A DNA stretch of 64,000 bases from an uncultured Gammaproteobacteria bacterium. Its GTDB lineage: Bacteria > Pseudomonadota > Gammaproteobacteria > DRLM01. Where the stretch lies: NCBI GenBank assembly GCA_963729605.1, contig CAVSNY010000007.1:672001-736000 (forward strand), read 5' to 3'. Under the pieces are notes generated by a model. That model made no database searches. It was not told the origin of the DNA and saw nothing but the letters and a program-made list of their open reading frames with translations. Shown here piece by piece: positions 31,343-42,209 of this stretch (position 1 is the first letter of the stretch; each line of letters opens with the position of its first letter). The position numbers were made by a program, and so were the translations under genes.

Positions 31343-31573
31343 TTACGGCCGATATTGGTCCAAGTGCCCTTGACTGCAGAAATGGAGGCCATCGCGCTGC
31401 AAGGCCTCGCCTTGCGGAATATGCAGGCCACAGTGGGCGCAGCGCACCATGTTGGTGTTGTCCCGCGGTTTGGCTTGGGGACCGGTCCCCTTCCTCGGCG
31501 CCAGCCAGCGTTTGACGGCGATGACCAGCAGCCATACGACGAAAGCGATGATGAGCAGGCGTAGCAGTGTCAT
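31343..31573 (-). CDS. PP0621-family small membrane protein
   Basis: TM segment plus MVRCAHCGLHIP...FCSQGH; upstream of pilS. Confidence 0.85.
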   Translation of the reverse strand: MTLLRLLIIAFVVWLLVIAVKRWLAPRKGTGPQAKPRDNTNMVRCAHCGLHIPQGEALQRDGLHFCSQGHLDQYRP

Positions 31574-31580
31574 ACGTGAA

Positions 31581-31621
31581 AATCGCGATCGGGCCGGGAG
31601 GATTTGAAACCCTTGCCCTTG
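31581..31621. repeat. Degenerate direct repeat of the tRNA-Pro 3' half (att scar)
   Basis: aatcgcgatcgggccgggaggatttgaa... versus 47830 aatcgtggtcggggtgagaggatttgaa...; 23/28 and 31/41 identical by hand alignment. Confidence 0.65.
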
Positions 31622-32041
31622 GTTGCCGAGGTCACGATCACCTTCGCGCTGTAACCGAAATTTAGAAAGCGACGCATTTTATCTTCATGACTCATCGGTA
31701 TTAGGTTGGATTTGCAGCGGTGACGCAGGGGTATTTCAATCGTTATTCCCGTCACGTCGATGCCGCTGGTGGTTAGGTATGAATCTATTTCCATATTGTC
31801 TCTGACTATTATCGAATAGGGCAAGCGGGTCTAAACGGATAACCATTGCCAAACCCGGATGAATTATACGCATGAAGCGGATCATCCCCTCAATAACCAC
31901 TACAATCCATCTCAAAATCGATTTTGATCATGGATTCTTTCCGGCGGATGGATGGACGCCTGCAAAATCCCTCCCGAATTCGAGAGAGCTTGAAGCAACC
32001 GGTAAACCCTGCCTCGTCGGTTCGGTATCGAAAGATATCCG

Positions 32042-32111
32042 CCCTTCTCCGCGAGCGGGAGAGAGCGCAATGCGATGACGGCACCTGCCTGCTCCCGCGT
32101 GCGGGAGGGGG
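32042..32111. repeat. Two degenerate family-A palindromes
   Basis: cccttctccgcgagcgggagag and ctcccgcgtgcgggaggggg. Confidence 0.6.
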
Positions 32112-32142
32112 AATGATGTCCCATGTCCGACTTGGGATTAAA

Positions 32143-32296
32143 GAGAAGCGCTGAATAATCCCATTCTGGAATTTCACGGCAGGGCAGCAAAAAACGGATT
32201 TTCGCTGTCCTTGATTTTCAATGTTTCAACGATTAACACCATTGAAAATGGCGATGCATCCTGTGCGGCAGGAACCGCCGATAAATAGAGATTCTC
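32143..32296 (+). repeat. MITE-like ~150 bp repeat, copy 3
   Basis: gagaagcgctgaataat...ttttcgctgtcc...cattgaaaatggcg...ataaatagagattctc. Confidence 0.75.
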
Positions 32297-32861
32297 TTGC
32301 GTTGTAATTTTGGGATAGATTCCAGGCCGCATTGCAATGCAACTCACGGAGTCATCACCCACTCTGCCCGCCGTACGCTACGTTCCGGCCGTCGTGATCG
32401 GCGAATGCTGTCGCTGCCTGACAACAAAATAGATGAAGGCCAATCGTCGCGGCGGCTTGTTTAAAAATCAAAACCGGATTCAAGTCGATTGATTGGCCGT
32501 GGGGAATTTCAATCGCCATACACGAGCTCGGTGTATTTAATTCTAGCGGCTGAGTGACGGTGGCTTTCCGTCCATAAAGAGTTATGACCGTGCAATCTGC
32601 ACCGACATGCCCTTTTTACATTTTGATTGTGTTTTTTACACCCTAAGATGGACAAGGCTTGCACATTGTCAGTGCGAAGATGCGCGTGCCCGCCGAAATT
32701 ATTTTCATCACCCATAACGCGCGATCTCTCGGCTTAATTTTTTTTATGGTGTTGTTTCAATGCAATGTAAACGGCACGAGCTTAACAATTTTTCCGCAAC
32801 ACATGGGGGCACGAAACTTGCTGAGCAAGAAAAACAGTTTTTTACTGTTGGTCGAGCTCTA

Positions 32862-33956
32862 ATGAAAATATCCCTAATAACAGCAATAACAACGGTGCAC
32901 ATGCTCGCGGGTTGCGCGCTGGCGCCGGGCATGCACATGAAGGAACAGGACGGCGCCACCACCGTTCCCCTTCCCGTCATAGAAGCGGGCGAGCCCGCCG
33001 TGCAGACTATCCCGATCACCCAAATCGACGCGGCCTGGGTGCGCGATCAAACTTCAAGTCGCACTAATGAGGCTTTGGCGTTGGCGCGGCCTTATGAGCC
33101 GTATCGCGTGGGTCCGCGCGACGTATTGACCATAACGGTATGGGATCATCCCGAACTCACCATTCCCGCAGGCGAATTCCGTTCGGCGGACATCTCCGGC
33201 TACCGCGTCGGTGAAGACGGCATGCTGTTTTATCCCTATGTCGGCGTCGTCACCGCCGCGGGCAAGACGGTGGAGGAGTTGCGGCGCCTGCTGACCGAAG
33301 GGCTCGCCCCATTCATAGCCAAGCCCCAGCTCGATGTGCGCGTGGCGGCGTTTCGCAGCCAGCGCACCTATGTCGTAGGTGAACTCGTCAAACCCGGTGT
33401 ACAAGTGATCACCGATGTCCCGCTGACCGTCACCGAGGCGCTGGACCGGGCCGGCGGGCCGAGCCCGGCGGCGGACATGAGTCGTACAACGCTGGCGCGT
33501 GACGGCAATATCTATCGCATCGATCTCAACGCCCTCTATCAGGAAGGCGATATCACCCAGAATGTCCTGTTGCAAGACGGCGACGTGCTCAACATCCCCG
33601 ATCGCGCGCAAAACAAAATTCTAGTGATGGGTGAAGTGCTGAAGCCCGAATCCCAGCTCATGGTCAAAAGCCGCAAGACGCTGGCCGAGGCGATCAGTGA
33701 TGCCGGCGGCGTCAGCGTCTTCAGTTCGGATCCGCGCCGCATCTATGTCTTCCGCAACCGCCCGGATCGGCCTTTGGTCTTCCGCCTCGATGGTAAAACA
33801 CCGGACGCCATGCTGCTGGCCGAGCGTTTCGAATTGGAGCCGCGCGATGTCGTTTACGTCGACACCGCGGGAGTTTCGCGTTGGAACCGCGTGCTCAGTC
33901 AACTCCTGCCGTCTTTTAATGTAACGACGCGCCTGTTGCCGGGAACGGCGCAATGA
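32862..33956 (+). CDS. wza: Polysaccharide export lipoprotein Wza
   Basis: Lipobox LAGC, YRVGPRDVLTITVWDHPEL, SRWNRVLSQLLP. Confidence 0.95.
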   Translation: MKISLITAITTVHMLAGCALAPGMHMKEQDGATTVPLPVIEAGEPAVQTIPITQIDAAWVRDQTSSRTNEALALARPYEPYRVGPRDVLTITVWDHPELTIPAGEFRSADISGYRVGEDGMLFYPYVGVVTAAGKTVEELRRLLTEGLAPFIAKPQLDVRVAAFRSQRTYVVGELVKPGVQVITDVPLTVTEALDRAGGPSPAADMSRTTLARDGNIYRIDLNALYQEGDITQNVLLQDGDVLNIPDRAQNKILVMGEVLKPESQLMVKSRKTLAEAISDAGGVSVFSSDPRRIYVFRNRPDRPLVFRLDGKTPDAMLLAERFELEPRDVVYVDTAGVSRWNRVLSQLLPSFNVTTRLLPGTAQ

Positions 33957-36160
33957 GTGCGCTTACACCGGTGATGGAGGCCAGGCCCGTGCCCAGGTCC
34001 GACGACGGCAAGGTTGACTTGGGCCTGTTCCTGGCCACGTTGAAACGGGCCAGGTTGTTGATCGCGGCCTGCGTGGCCGCGGCACTCCTACTGGCCGTCA
34101 TTTATCTGTGGATTACGCCGCCCACGTTTCGCGCCGACGTACTTTTGCAGGTGGAGCGCAAGGCCAACGCCGTCGAGACCCTGCTCAATGACTCGACCCG
34201 CCCGCTGCAAGAAACGGAATCCATCAGCGCGGAGTTGGAATTGATGCGTTCGCGGCAGGTTCTGGGCGAGGTGATTGACCAGCTCAAGCTCGAGATCGTC
34301 GCCGAACCCCGTTATTTGCCGGTGATAGGCGCGGCATTCAAATACCACGGCGGCCTCGAATCGGATCTGACGCCCTTCGCCGCGCCGTGGCGGCACTTGG
34401 GGCGCTACGCCTGGGGCGGAGAAGCGATCGTTCTATCGACACTGGAGGTGCCGCCGGATTACGTGGATCAGCCCTTGCTGCTCACCGTCGGCCGATACGG
34501 ACAATATATATTGCAAGGTCCGGATGACGAGTTGTTGTTGACGGGAGACGTCGGCGTTCCCGCCGTTTCGGCCGGTTTTATCCTTGAGGTCGATACGTTG
34601 ACCGCGCGGCCGGGAACCCAATTCAATGTCATGCGGTTGTCGCGCATGAGCGCGCTCACCGCGTTGCAGAAACAGCTGGATAGCAAGGAACAAGGCAAAC
34701 TCTCGGGCATCATCAAACTTTCGGTCTACCATGAAGATCCCGCGCGGGCCGCCGAGATCGCCAACGCCATGGCGCTGGCTTATTTGGAGCAGGACGTCTC
34801 CCGCCGTTCCCGCGCAGCCAAACAAACCATGGCGTTTATCGACAGTCAGCTCCCGCTGGTGCGGGAACGTCTGAAGACGGCGGAAGACAGTTACAACCAG
34901 TATCGTTTGGCGCGCGGCTCGGCGGATCTGGACCTCGAGATCAAAGGCCGCCTCGAACGCCAGATCGAGGTGGAAAATCAACTGGTCGACGTGCAGCGGC
35001 AGCGCGCGGTCCTGAGCCAGAGTTTCGCCCCGTTGCATCCCAAGATATTGGCGCTGGACGGCCAGGAAGCGCGCCTCACGCAAGAGGTGAATACCCTTGA
35101 CGGCTGGGTCAAGAATTTGCCTGAAACGCAGCGCAATCTCACCCGGCTGCTGCGCGATGTGCAAATCAATACCCAGCTTTATCTTTCGCTGCTGAACAGT
35201 TCGCAGGAGCAAGGCATTGCCCAGGCCGGCAACATAGGCAACTCGCGCATCGTCGACCCGGCTTTGCTTCCTCGTGTCCCGGTCAAGCCCAGGCCCGAGC
35301 TGATCATTGCCTTAAGCGCGGCCTTGGGCATCTTTATCGGCTTGGCGGCGACCCTGTTACGCCATGTGTTGCGTCCCCGGGTCAGCGATCCGCGCTGGAT
35401 AGAACAGCATTTCGGCTTGCCGGTATTCGCCATCATTCCGCACAGCAAATCCGAGCGGCGCTTGCGCCGGGACCAGCGGCGGCCCAAGTCCGCGCGGCAC
35501 TTGCTCGCGCACCGCAGCCCGCAGGACGCGGCGATCGAGAGTCTGCTGGTCCTGCCTCACACGATGCAACTCACCCCCGCGCGCACGATCGAGCCGGGAC
35601 GCGGACAAGTGCTGCTGGTCTGCGGGCCGCGTGCCGGCGTCGGCAAATCCTTCGTTAGCGCGAATCTGGCGGCGCTGCTCGCGCGCACCGGGCGGGTGTT
35701 GCTGGTGGATGCCGATCTCAGGCACGGCAGGTTGCACGACTATTTCGGCCTGCCGCCGACGCCGGGCTTGGCGGACATGCTCGATCGCGGCGCGCAGGTT
35801 GCCCCGCAGCCCATCACCGAAAATCTGCATGTGTTGCGCAGCGGTCTCCGCGCGCGCGAGCCCGCTGCGTTATTACAGTCGGCGGCCTTGTCGCAGCATA
35901 CGGCGGCCTGGACGGCGCGGTACGACTATGTCCTGTTTGATTCCGCGCCGCTGCTGGAAGTCGCCGATACCTTGGCGCTGGCCCCTCTTGCCGATGTCTC
36001 CCTGCTGGTGTTGAAGGCGCATGCGCATAGCCTTGTGGAAATCGATCTCAGTCTGAAACGTCTCCTGCGCGCCGGCGGCAAAGTTCAAGGGGTGTTGTTC
36101 AATGACGTGAGCCCCGCCGATATGACGTATTACACGCGAGCATACGGCTATGCTTCTTGA
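33953..36160 (+). CDS. wzc: Polysaccharide co-polymerase / tyrosine autokinase Wzc
   Basis: Two TMs, GNSRIVD, GVGKS, DADLR, C-terminal Tyr cluster. Confidence 0.92.
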   Translation: MSALTPVMEARPVPRSDDGKVDLGLFLATLKRARLLIAACVAAALLLAVIYLWITPPTFRADVLLQVERKANAVETLLNDSTRPLQETESISAELELMRSRQVLGEVIDQLKLEIVAEPRYLPVIGAAFKYHGGLESDLTPFAAPWRHLGRYAWGGEAIVLSTLEVPPDYVDQPLLLTVGRYGQYILQGPDDELLLTGDVGVPAVSAGFILEVDTLTARPGTQFNVMRLSRMSALTALQKQLDSKEQGKLSGIIKLSVYHEDPARAAEIANAMALAYLEQDVSRRSRAAKQTMAFIDSQLPLVRERLKTAEDSYNQYRLARGSADLDLEIKGRLERQIEVENQLVDVQRQRAVLSQSFAPLHPKILALDGQEARLTQEVNTLDGWVKNLPETQRNLTRLLRDVQINTQLYLSLLNSSQEQGIAQAGNIGNSRIVDPALLPRVPVKPRPELIIALSAALGIFIGLAATLLRHVLRPRVSDPRWIEQHFGLPVFAIIPHSKSERRLRRDQRRPKSARHLLAHRSPQDAAIESLLVLPHTMQLTPARTIEPGRGQVLLVCGPRAGVGKSFVSANLAALLARTGRVLLVDADLRHGRLHDYFGLPPTPGLADMLDRGAQVAPQPITENLHVLRSGLRAREPAALLQSAALSQHTAAWTARYDYVLFDSAPLLEVADTLALAPLADVSLLVLKAHAHSLVEIDLSLKRLLRAGGKVQGVLFNDVSPADMTYYTRAYGYAS

Positions 36161-37487
36161 ACGCAGCGTAAATCGGGTTCTGGCGCCGGAAGCGGTATTG
36201 CCGGTGTTGTTGGCCTTGTTGGTCTGCATGGCGCTGGTAGTGACCTTGCCGCAGGCCTATTCCAACTGGGAAGGCACGCGCGAAGTCATGGGCGACCAGG
36301 ATTTCGGGCTGCGGCTGCTGCGCGAGGCCGGGGTCCTGATCATCTTGGTGTATTGCCTCATGCTGCGCCGCTATTGGGATATTTTACTCAATCCCGCCGT
36401 GATGGCCGGCATCGCGATAGTGGGCGCTTACGTGATGTTCGAAGTCATGTATGCGCTGGAGCGCAATTTGCCGTTGGTGGTGCCGCTGGCCGGGCTGCGG
36501 GTGTTTGAGTATCTGCCTTTACTCTTCGCCGGCGTCCTGCTGGCGAGGCTGCCGCGGGGTGAACACGCGTTCCGCCGCCTGGCCCACTATGTGTGCTTCT
36601 TCGTAGTGATAGAAGGCGTGCTCGGGGTGATACAGGCCTTGTATTCGCCCCATTTATACGGCGTTTCCCTGTTGGGCGGAGGCCGCGCCTTCGGCACCTT
36701 CGTCAGTCCCAATGCCTACGGCGCGGCGCTGGCCACCTGCGTTCTGCTGTTTGCCCTGAGCAATTGCGCGCGCCTGCGCTTGTGGCTTTTCCTGAGCGTG
36801 TTCTTCATCGTGTTGAGCGGTTCACGCACCGCCTTCGTTTGCACGGCGCTGGTATTGTTCTTCGTCGCGTTGCGCCGCTTGGCGCCCTGGGAGCGGATAT
36901 TGACGCTCTTGCTCACGCCGTTTCTGCTGGCGGGCGCGCTTTGGCTGGGGTCCAGCAAAATCGTCAGCGGCCGGGATATCGAGGGAGAAGGCCGGCTGGA
37001 GGCGTGGACCGAGTTGTTGGCGAACAATGTGCAGTCGGTGTGGAATTTGTTATTCGGATGGGGCTTGGGTCTGGGTTCCAACACCGTCACGGTGTTGTTC
37101 GGCAACGACGCGTTTACCGGCCAGTTCACCTCCGACAGTCTTTACATGTATCTGCTCAACGGTTTCGGACTCATTGGTCTGCTGGCGTATCTGATCGGAC
37201 TGGCCTGGGTATGGCGGCGCAGTCATCATCCCGACAAGACCTTGTTCATCTTGTTTCTGCTGCTGGCCGGCGTGCCTTTCAACGCCTGGGAGATGTTCCC
37301 GCAGAACGCCCTGCTCATGTTCATGCTGGGTTACATCGTCGGTTATCCGCGAGGCGATACCGTCCACGCGCCATCGAGCATTCCCGCCGCCGCTTACTAC
37401 GGAGAAGGTGCGCGGTCGTCGGCCTCACCGGTGACCGGCACGCACCCGCGGCATTCGCTTTCACCCACTATGGAATCACGACGATGA
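36150..37487 (+). CDS. Probable Wzy polymerase
   Basis: Polytopic membrane protein, RAFGTFVSPN, SGSRTA, GWGLG; EPS context. Confidence 0.75.
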   Translation: MLLERSVNRVLAPEAVLPVLLALLVCMALVVTLPQAYSNWEGTREVMGDQDFGLRLLREAGVLIILVYCLMLRRYWDILLNPAVMAGIAIVGAYVMFEVMYALERNLPLVVPLAGLRVFEYLPLLFAGVLLARLPRGEHAFRRLAHYVCFFVVIEGVLGVIQALYSPHLYGVSLLGGGRAFGTFVSPNAYGAALATCVLLFALSNCARLRLWLFLSVFFIVLSGSRTAFVCTALVLFFVALRRLAPWERILTLLLTPFLLAGALWLGSSKIVSGRDIEGEGRLEAWTELLANNVQSVWNLLFGWGLGLGSNTVTVLFGNDAFTGQFTSDSLYMYLLNGFGLIGLLAYLIGLAWVWRRSHHPDKTLFILFLLLAGVPFNAWEMFPQNALLMFMLGYIVGYPRGDTVHAPSSIPAAAYYGEGARSSASPVTGTHPRHSLSPTMESRR

Positions 37488-38512
37488 TCGGCAGGCTAAT
37501 TTCATGGGCAATCCGCGGCGAACCGCAATGGTCTCCGCCTTTGGCCAAACAAGAGATAAAACCTTCGGCGAAGGCCGGCGCTTTGAAATGGGACAAGGCC
37601 GACAGCGGCGCCGTGAAACGCGAGCAGTCGTCACCGGTCCCGTTCCCGAATCAGCGCGATCGGCGAAGCGAGCCGTCGCAAGCCGCTTATCCGCTGTCGG
37701 ACGCGAGCCTGCCGGTATTGACCATTGTCATCCTCGCCTGCAACGAGGCGCGGCATTTACCGCGTTGTCTGGCGCAACTGCCGCGCGGTTACCGGGTGGT
37801 GGTCGTCGATTCCGGCAGCACCGACGCCACCCCGGAGATCGCCAAGGCGCATGGCTGCGACGTGTATACGCGCGCCTGGCAGGGCTTCGCCGAGCAGCGC
37901 AATTTTGCCTTGCGGGAATGCGGCGTCCGCACGCCGTGGGTATTGTTCGTGGACGCCGACGAAATTTATCCCGCCGAATTTTTCGACTGGTTCGAAACCG
38001 AGGTCGCCGAGCGGCCGGCGATAGACGCGGTGTGGGTGCCTTCGTATTTATATCTGCGCGGCAAGCGGCTCAAGCATGCGCCGGGTTATCCCATTTATCA
38101 CCCCCGCGCGATCCGTGTCGGCAAAGTGCGCTTCGTCACCAATCACACCGGCCATGGTGAAAGTATTCCCGCCACCACCGCGACGATGACCGCCGACATC
38201 CCCTACGACCATTATTTCTACGACGGCGATATCGTGGGGTGGATGCACAAGCATATCGGCAAGGCCCTGCTGGAGGTCGGACTGAAACGCACCGCCGGCG
38301 CCCAACTGTCGCGGCGTGGCAAATTGAGTTTGCTGTTCGGCCGCAGCGCGTTGCGCATTCCGGCGCGCTTTCTCTATCACTACGTCTTGCGCGGCGGATT
38401 TCTCGACGGTCGCGCCGGTTTCGAGTTCGCGCTGATGTTCACTTGGTACGAAGCCACGATTTATCTACAGCACAACGCGCAATTGGGGAACAATCATGTC
38501 AAGGCAAGTTGA
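37484..38512 (+). CDS. GT2 glycosyltransferase
   Basis: ILACNE, VVDSGSTD, FAEQRN, VDADE, GFLDG. Confidence 0.9.
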   Translation: MIGRLISWAIRGEPQWSPPLAKQEIKPSAKAGALKWDKADSGAVKREQSSPVPFPNQRDRRSEPSQAAYPLSDASLPVLTIVILACNEARHLPRCLAQLPRGYRVVVVDSGSTDATPEIAKAHGCDVYTRAWQGFAEQRNFALRECGVRTPWVLFVDADEIYPAEFFDWFETEVAERPAIDAVWVPSYLYLRGKRLKHAPGYPIYHPRAIRVGKVRFVTNHTGHGESIPATTATMTADIPYDHYFYDGDIVGWMHKHIGKALLEVGLKRTAGAQLSRRGKLSLLFGRSALRIPARFLYHYVLRGGFLDGRAGFEFALMFTWYEATIYLQHNAQLGNNHVKAS

Positions 38513-39689
38513 TGTCGGGGTAGTGAGTACACATGTGGCGCCGGCCTTGGGGTACGGCGGCGTCTCGGTGACGACGGCCGTGCTGACCGGCGCCTGGGCC
38601 AAGCTCGGTCACCGTATCCTGTTGTGTTCGTCGGATGCGTCGCTGGGCGGCCGTCTGCGGCCCAGGGATGTGAACCTGGGCGACGCGGTCGAAGTGACTC
38701 TTTACCGCAGCTACGGATTTCGCCGCTGGGGCTTCGGCCTCGGCGCCATTCCGAAAATCCTCCGCGTCTGCATGAACGCGCCCCAGGTCTATATTCACGG
38801 CATCGCCACTTGGCCCAGCACGCTGGCGGCGCTGTTCTGCTGGGGTTTGGGCCGGCCCTTCGTCGTCGCGCCGCGCGGCGGCCTGATGCCGGAGCACGTC
38901 ATACTCATTCGGCAATCCAAGCCGCACAAATGGTGGTATTACCGGCTGTTGACCTTGCCCGCTTTGCGCCGCGCCCAGGCCATCCATTGCACCAGCGACG
39001 TCGAAGCCGAAGGCGTGAGACGGTACGTGGGCGCGGCCGCGCCGGTGGTGATCATTCCCAACGGCGTGGACCTGGATCAAATACACGCGTCGCCCGCGCC
39101 GCAAACCCCGGGCCTCACGCTGTGCTTCCTCGGGCACATTCTGCCGGAGAAAGGCATCAACGCGTTCCTGCGCGTCTGGCTCGCGCAGCGCCGGCCCGGT
39201 GACCGCATGCTGATCGCCGGGCGCGCGAGCGACGGGGCTTATTTCGACGAATTCAAAACGCTGGTCGCCGAGGCGCCCGAGGCCGTGTCCTATCACGGTT
39301 ACCTGGACCGCGCCGGTGTCAAAAATCTCCTGGCGCAAAGCCATTTCCTGGTGTTGCCGTCGGGACTGGACGCCGGCGGCATGCGCGAAAATTTCGGCAA
39401 TGTCGTGGCCGAGGCATTGGCCGCCGGCCGGCCCGTGCTGGTGTCGCGCGGTTTGGCGTGGGACGGCATCGAAACCGCGGGCGCCGGTTTCGTTTTCGAT
39501 TTAAACCCCGCCGCCGTCGGCGCCGCCCTGCGCCGTGCCCAAGCGCTCGAGCCGGATGTCTGGCGCGACATGTCGCGTCGCGCCCGCCGCCACGTCGAAA
39601 CCCATCTGGACGTACATGCCCTGGCCGCCGAGGCTTGGGGTCGGCTCGTCGCGCCGCAAGCGCTGCCGGCCAATGGAGCGCGGCCATGA
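38496..39689 (+). CDS. GT4 glycosyltransferase
   Basis: IIPNGVD, EKG, ENFGNVVAEALAAG. Confidence 0.9.
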   Translation: MSRQVDVGVVSTHVAPALGYGGVSVTTAVLTGAWAKLGHRILLCSSDASLGGRLRPRDVNLGDAVEVTLYRSYGFRRWGFGLGAIPKILRVCMNAPQVYIHGIATWPSTLAALFCWGLGRPFVVAPRGGLMPEHVILIRQSKPHKWWYYRLLTLPALRRAQAIHCTSDVEAEGVRRYVGAAAPVVIIPNGVDLDQIHASPAPQTPGLTLCFLGHILPEKGINAFLRVWLAQRRPGDRMLIAGRASDGAYFDEFKTLVAEAPEAVSYHGYLDRAGVKNLLAQSHFLVLPSGLDAGGMRENFGNVVAEALAAGRPVLVSRGLAWDGIETAGAGFVFDLNPAAVGAALRRAQALEPDVWRDMSRRARRHVETHLDVHALAAEAWGRLVAPQALPANGARP

Positions 39690-40618
39690 AAGTAGGCTTG
39701 ATCGTGCCGACCTTGAACGCCGGACCCACTTTTGAAAGCTGGCTGGCGGCCTACGCGCAGCAAACGTTCAAGCCCGATTATGCGTTGGTGATCGATTCCT
39801 CGTCGGAGGACGAGACGGCGGCGCGGGCGCGGGCGCGGGGTTTCACGGTGGAGGTCATTCGACGCGAGACCTTCAATCACGGCACGACGCGCGACTTCGG
39901 CGTGTCCTATCTGTCCGACGCCGATATTCTGATATTTCTCACTCAGGATGCCCTGCTCGCCGACCCGCACGCCCTGGAAAATTTGACCGGGGCCTTCGCC
40001 GACCCGCAAACGGGCGCCGCGTACGGGCGGCAGTTACCGCATCGCCACGCCCAACCGATAGGCGCGCATGCGCGTTTGTTCAACTATGCCGCGCAGAGTT
40101 CGCTGCGCCGTCTTGAGGATCGCGCGCGTTTCGGCCTGAAAACGGCCTTTGTCTCCAATTCCTTCGCCGCTTACCGGCGTACGGCGCTGCTCGCGGTGGG
40201 CGGTTTTCCGCACGACACCATCATGAACGAAGATACTTATGCGGTGGGCAAGATGCTGGTGGCCGGCTGGCAGATCGCCTATTGCGCCGACGCCCAGGTA
40301 TTTCACTCGCACGATTACGGCTTCGCCGAAGAATTCCGCCGCTATTTCGATATCGGGGTTTTCCATGCGCGCGAGCCCTGGTTGCGGCAGACCTTCGGCC
40401 AGGCCGAAGGCGAAGGCCGGCGTTATGTGCGTTCGGAACTCGCTTATCTGTGCCGGCATGCGCCTTTCCTGGTGCCGTTGGCGATGTTGCGGACCGCTTT
40501 GAAGTGGTCGGGTTACAAACTCGGCTGCGCCGAAAGACTGATCCCCCCGAAGTTTAAACCTTATCTGAGTCTGCACCGTCGGTTCTGGCGCGATTCCCGT
40601 CTGGCGATAAGCAATTGA
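39686..40618 (+). CDS. GT2 rhamnosyltransferase-like protein
   Basis: IDSSSED, FNHGTTR, LTQDA, HSHDY, RYFDIGVFH. Confidence 0.85.
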   Translation: MKVGLIVPTLNAGPTFESWLAAYAQQTFKPDYALVIDSSSEDETAARARARGFTVEVIRRETFNHGTTRDFGVSYLSDADILIFLTQDALLADPHALENLTGAFADPQTGAAYGRQLPHRHAQPIGAHARLFNYAAQSSLRRLEDRARFGLKTAFVSNSFAAYRRTALLAVGGFPHDTIMNEDTYAVGKMLVAGWQIAYCADAQVFHSHDYGFAEEFRRYFDIGVFHAREPWLRQTFGQAEGEGRRYVRSELAYLCRHAPFLVPLAMLRTALKWSGYKLGCAERLIPPKFKPYLSLHRRFWRDSRLAISN

Positions 40619-40631
40619 GGAGTCATGAAGT

Positions 40632-42035
40632 ATGGCCGCGCGGAAAGGTTTGTTAAAAGAATACTCGAATCCACTGCTGATGATGTTGCAAGGATACGAC
40701 GTATTGATGATCAGTATCGCGGGTATCGTCGCCCACGTCTGGACGTACGGCACCGCCGCGCCGATCCCCGATGAGCGATTGCTCGCGATCGCGTTCGTCA
40801 CCTTCGGCGGTTATTCCTTGTTCCGCCGGCTGGACCTGTACCGGGTCTGGCGCGGCGGTCCGCTGATTGCCGAATTGAGCTTGATATGCCGGGCTTGGTT
40901 GGGCTTGTTCGTGATGATCGCCGGCGCGGTGATGCTGACCAGTTGGAAGGCCGACGAAGATATGGTGTTGAGCTGGTTGTGGATGGGTTTGGGCCTCGCC
41001 GGCATGAGTATTTCTCGCGTGGGTCTGCGCGGCGCGCAGCGCTGGCTGCGCGCCTCCGGTTTCAATCAGCGCAAGATCGTGTTGTGCGGTCTGAGCGAGA
41101 CCACGCTGATGATCCAGCGCCAGTTGAATTTCGCCAACTGGAGCGGTTTCCAGGTGGAGGGTTATTTCGACGACCGGCATGCGTCTCGTCTCGACGGTAA
41201 TATCGCCTTGCCTTATCTAGGCGGCACCGACGGCCTCGTCGGCTACGTGGAACAGCGGGGCGTGGATCAGATCTGGCTGGTCTATCCGCTTTGCGCGGAG
41301 TCGCGGGTCAAGACCATTTTGCATGCCTTGCGGCACACCTCGATGGACATCCGCTATGTCTTGGACACGTCGTCATTCCAGATCATCAATCAAGGCGTCA
41401 GCGAAGTCGCGGGCGTGCCCATGATCAATCTCAGTACCTCGCCGCTGGCCGGCTTCAACCGCTTCCTCAAGGAAGCGGAAGACCGCTTGCTGGCGCTGTT
41501 GATACTGACGTTGATTTTTCCGCTGTTCGCGGCGATTGCGCTGGGTGTCAAATTGACCTCGCCGGGGCCGGTGTTTTATCGCCAGGAACGCGTAAGTTGG
41601 CAGAACCGAAAATTCATGATGCTCAAATTCCGTTCAATGCCGGTGGATGTCGAGGCCGGCACCGGTCCGGTATGGGCCAAGTCGGGAGAGGTGCGTGCGT
41701 CGCCGTTCGGCGCCTTCTTGCGCAAGACCAGCCTGGACGAGTTGCCGCAATTCATCAACGTGCTCAAAGGAGAAATGTCGATCGTCGGCCCGCGTCCCGA
41801 GCGGCCGCATTTCGTGGAGAAATTCAAAGATCAGATTCCAAACTACATGAAAAAACACTTGGTGAAGGCCGGTATCACCGGCTGGGCGCAAGTCAACGGC
41901 TTGCGCGGCGATACCGATCTCAAGCGGCGTATCGAATACGATCTCTATTACATCAAAAATTGGTCCGTCACATTCGATTTATGGATAGTGGCGTTGACGC
42001 TGTTTAAAGGGTTCCGTGATAAAAATGCCTACTAA
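40632..42035 (+). CDS. Undecaprenyl-phosphate glucose phosphotransferase (WcaJ-like)
   Basis: KFRSM, LDELPQFINVLKGEMSIVGPRPE, GITGWAQV. Confidence 0.93.
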   Translation: MAARKGLLKEYSNPLLMMLQGYDVLMISIAGIVAHVWTYGTAAPIPDERLLAIAFVTFGGYSLFRRLDLYRVWRGGPLIAELSLICRAWLGLFVMIAGAVMLTSWKADEDMVLSWLWMGLGLAGMSISRVGLRGAQRWLRASGFNQRKIVLCGLSETTLMIQRQLNFANWSGFQVEGYFDDRHASRLDGNIALPYLGGTDGLVGYVEQRGVDQIWLVYPLCAESRVKTILHALRHTSMDIRYVLDTSSFQIINQGVSEVAGVPMINLSTSPLAGFNRFLKEAEDRLLALLILTLIFPLFAAIALGVKLTSPGPVFYRQERVSWQNRKFMMLKFRSMPVDVEAGTGPVWAKSGEVRASPFGAFLRKTSLDELPQFINVLKGEMSIVGPRPERPHFVEKFKDQIPNYMKKHLVKAGITGWAQVNGLRGDTDLKRRIEYDLYYIKNWSVTFDLWIVALTLFKGFRDKNAY

Positions 42036-42209
42036 ACCGCCGAAAAACCGTGGCCGCGGCAGGTGCGAAATCCGCGGCGATAAGCCGGACTGTTTCATGG
42101 CGGCGTGTGCCCCGCGGCCGGCGGTCGGTCGGGCGATTGTTGAGTTCAATTCCGCCGCGCGACGTTCAATATATCGATCGGCCGCCACGACGCGAAGGGA
42201 GACTGCGTC

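Noticed and set aside
31570-32860. Short ORFs (31570-31824, 31890-32177 and others) as genes or an integrase remnant
   Set aside because: No recognisable motifs; they overlap the att scar and repeats, so they are likely non-coding.
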